This document shows positions 32,187-32,213 of a stretch of 32,213 nucleotides of DNA, piece after piece. Source of the DNA: Raillietiella orientalis (lineage: Eukaryota). Each line of letters starts with the position of its first letter. Position 1 is the first letter of the stretch. The position numbers and the translations under genes were made by a program. The notes under the pieces are model-generated. The model ran no database searches. It worked only from the letters and a program-made list of their open reading frames with translations, and had not been told where the DNA came from. The DNA lies in NCBI GenBank assembly GCA_036172245.1, contig JAYWIR010000027.1, forward strand, positions 2,976,001 to 3,008,213. The letters run 5' to 3'.

Positions 32187-32213
32187 GCGATCGCAGTCGA
32201 TCTCCATAAGGCG
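32187..32213 (+). mobile_element. Start of another Tx1-like RT fragment (AIAVDLHKA), running off the window
   Basis: GCGATCGCAGTCGATCTCCATAAGGCG matches 19268-19294 at 25 of 27 nt. Confidence 0.7.

Noticed and set aside
1..32213. CRISPR arrays, rRNA/tRNA genes, LTR pairs, prokaryotic operons or defence systems
   Set aside because: No regularly spaced repeats, cloverleafs or long terminal repeats were seen. Spliceosomal introns and LINE debris show the DNA is eukaryotic.

Overview
Eukaryotic (invertebrate-animal-like) genomic DNA with short, roughly 40-130 nt GT-AG introns. The style is compatible with a clade I nematode such as Trichuris, but the species cannot be established from the sequence. 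Positions ~216-7525 (minus) carry a highly diverged, compacted and probably pseudogenised WDFY3/ALFY/blue-cheese-like BEACH-family gene, cut off just after its PH domain by a poly(A) junction. An AT-rich island (~10.4-15.5 kb) holds an intronless IER3IP1/Yos1 ORF (13246-13482) followed by a strongly CpG-depleted tract. Most of the rest is nested, fragmented non-LTR retrotransposon debris. It is mainly an L1/Tx1-type family (ORF1 CCHC knuckles, APE endonuclease, RT, C-terminal CCHC), plus the zinc-finger N-terminus of an R2/NeSL/Utopia-type element. Among these lie a spliced Cys-rich repeat/EGF pseudogene (~21240-22274) and a GC-rich orphan ORF. Most notable patterns: (1) at least six Tx1-like 3' ends share a conserved AATAAA + GC hairpin terminus with almost no poly(A), several with 8-12 bp target-site duplications and several inserted into their own family; (2) ORF2 pieces lie in permuted order at 18.1-19.5 kb; (3) short perfect inverted repeats are in apparent excess. 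All homology calls come from motif recognition by eye, not database searches.
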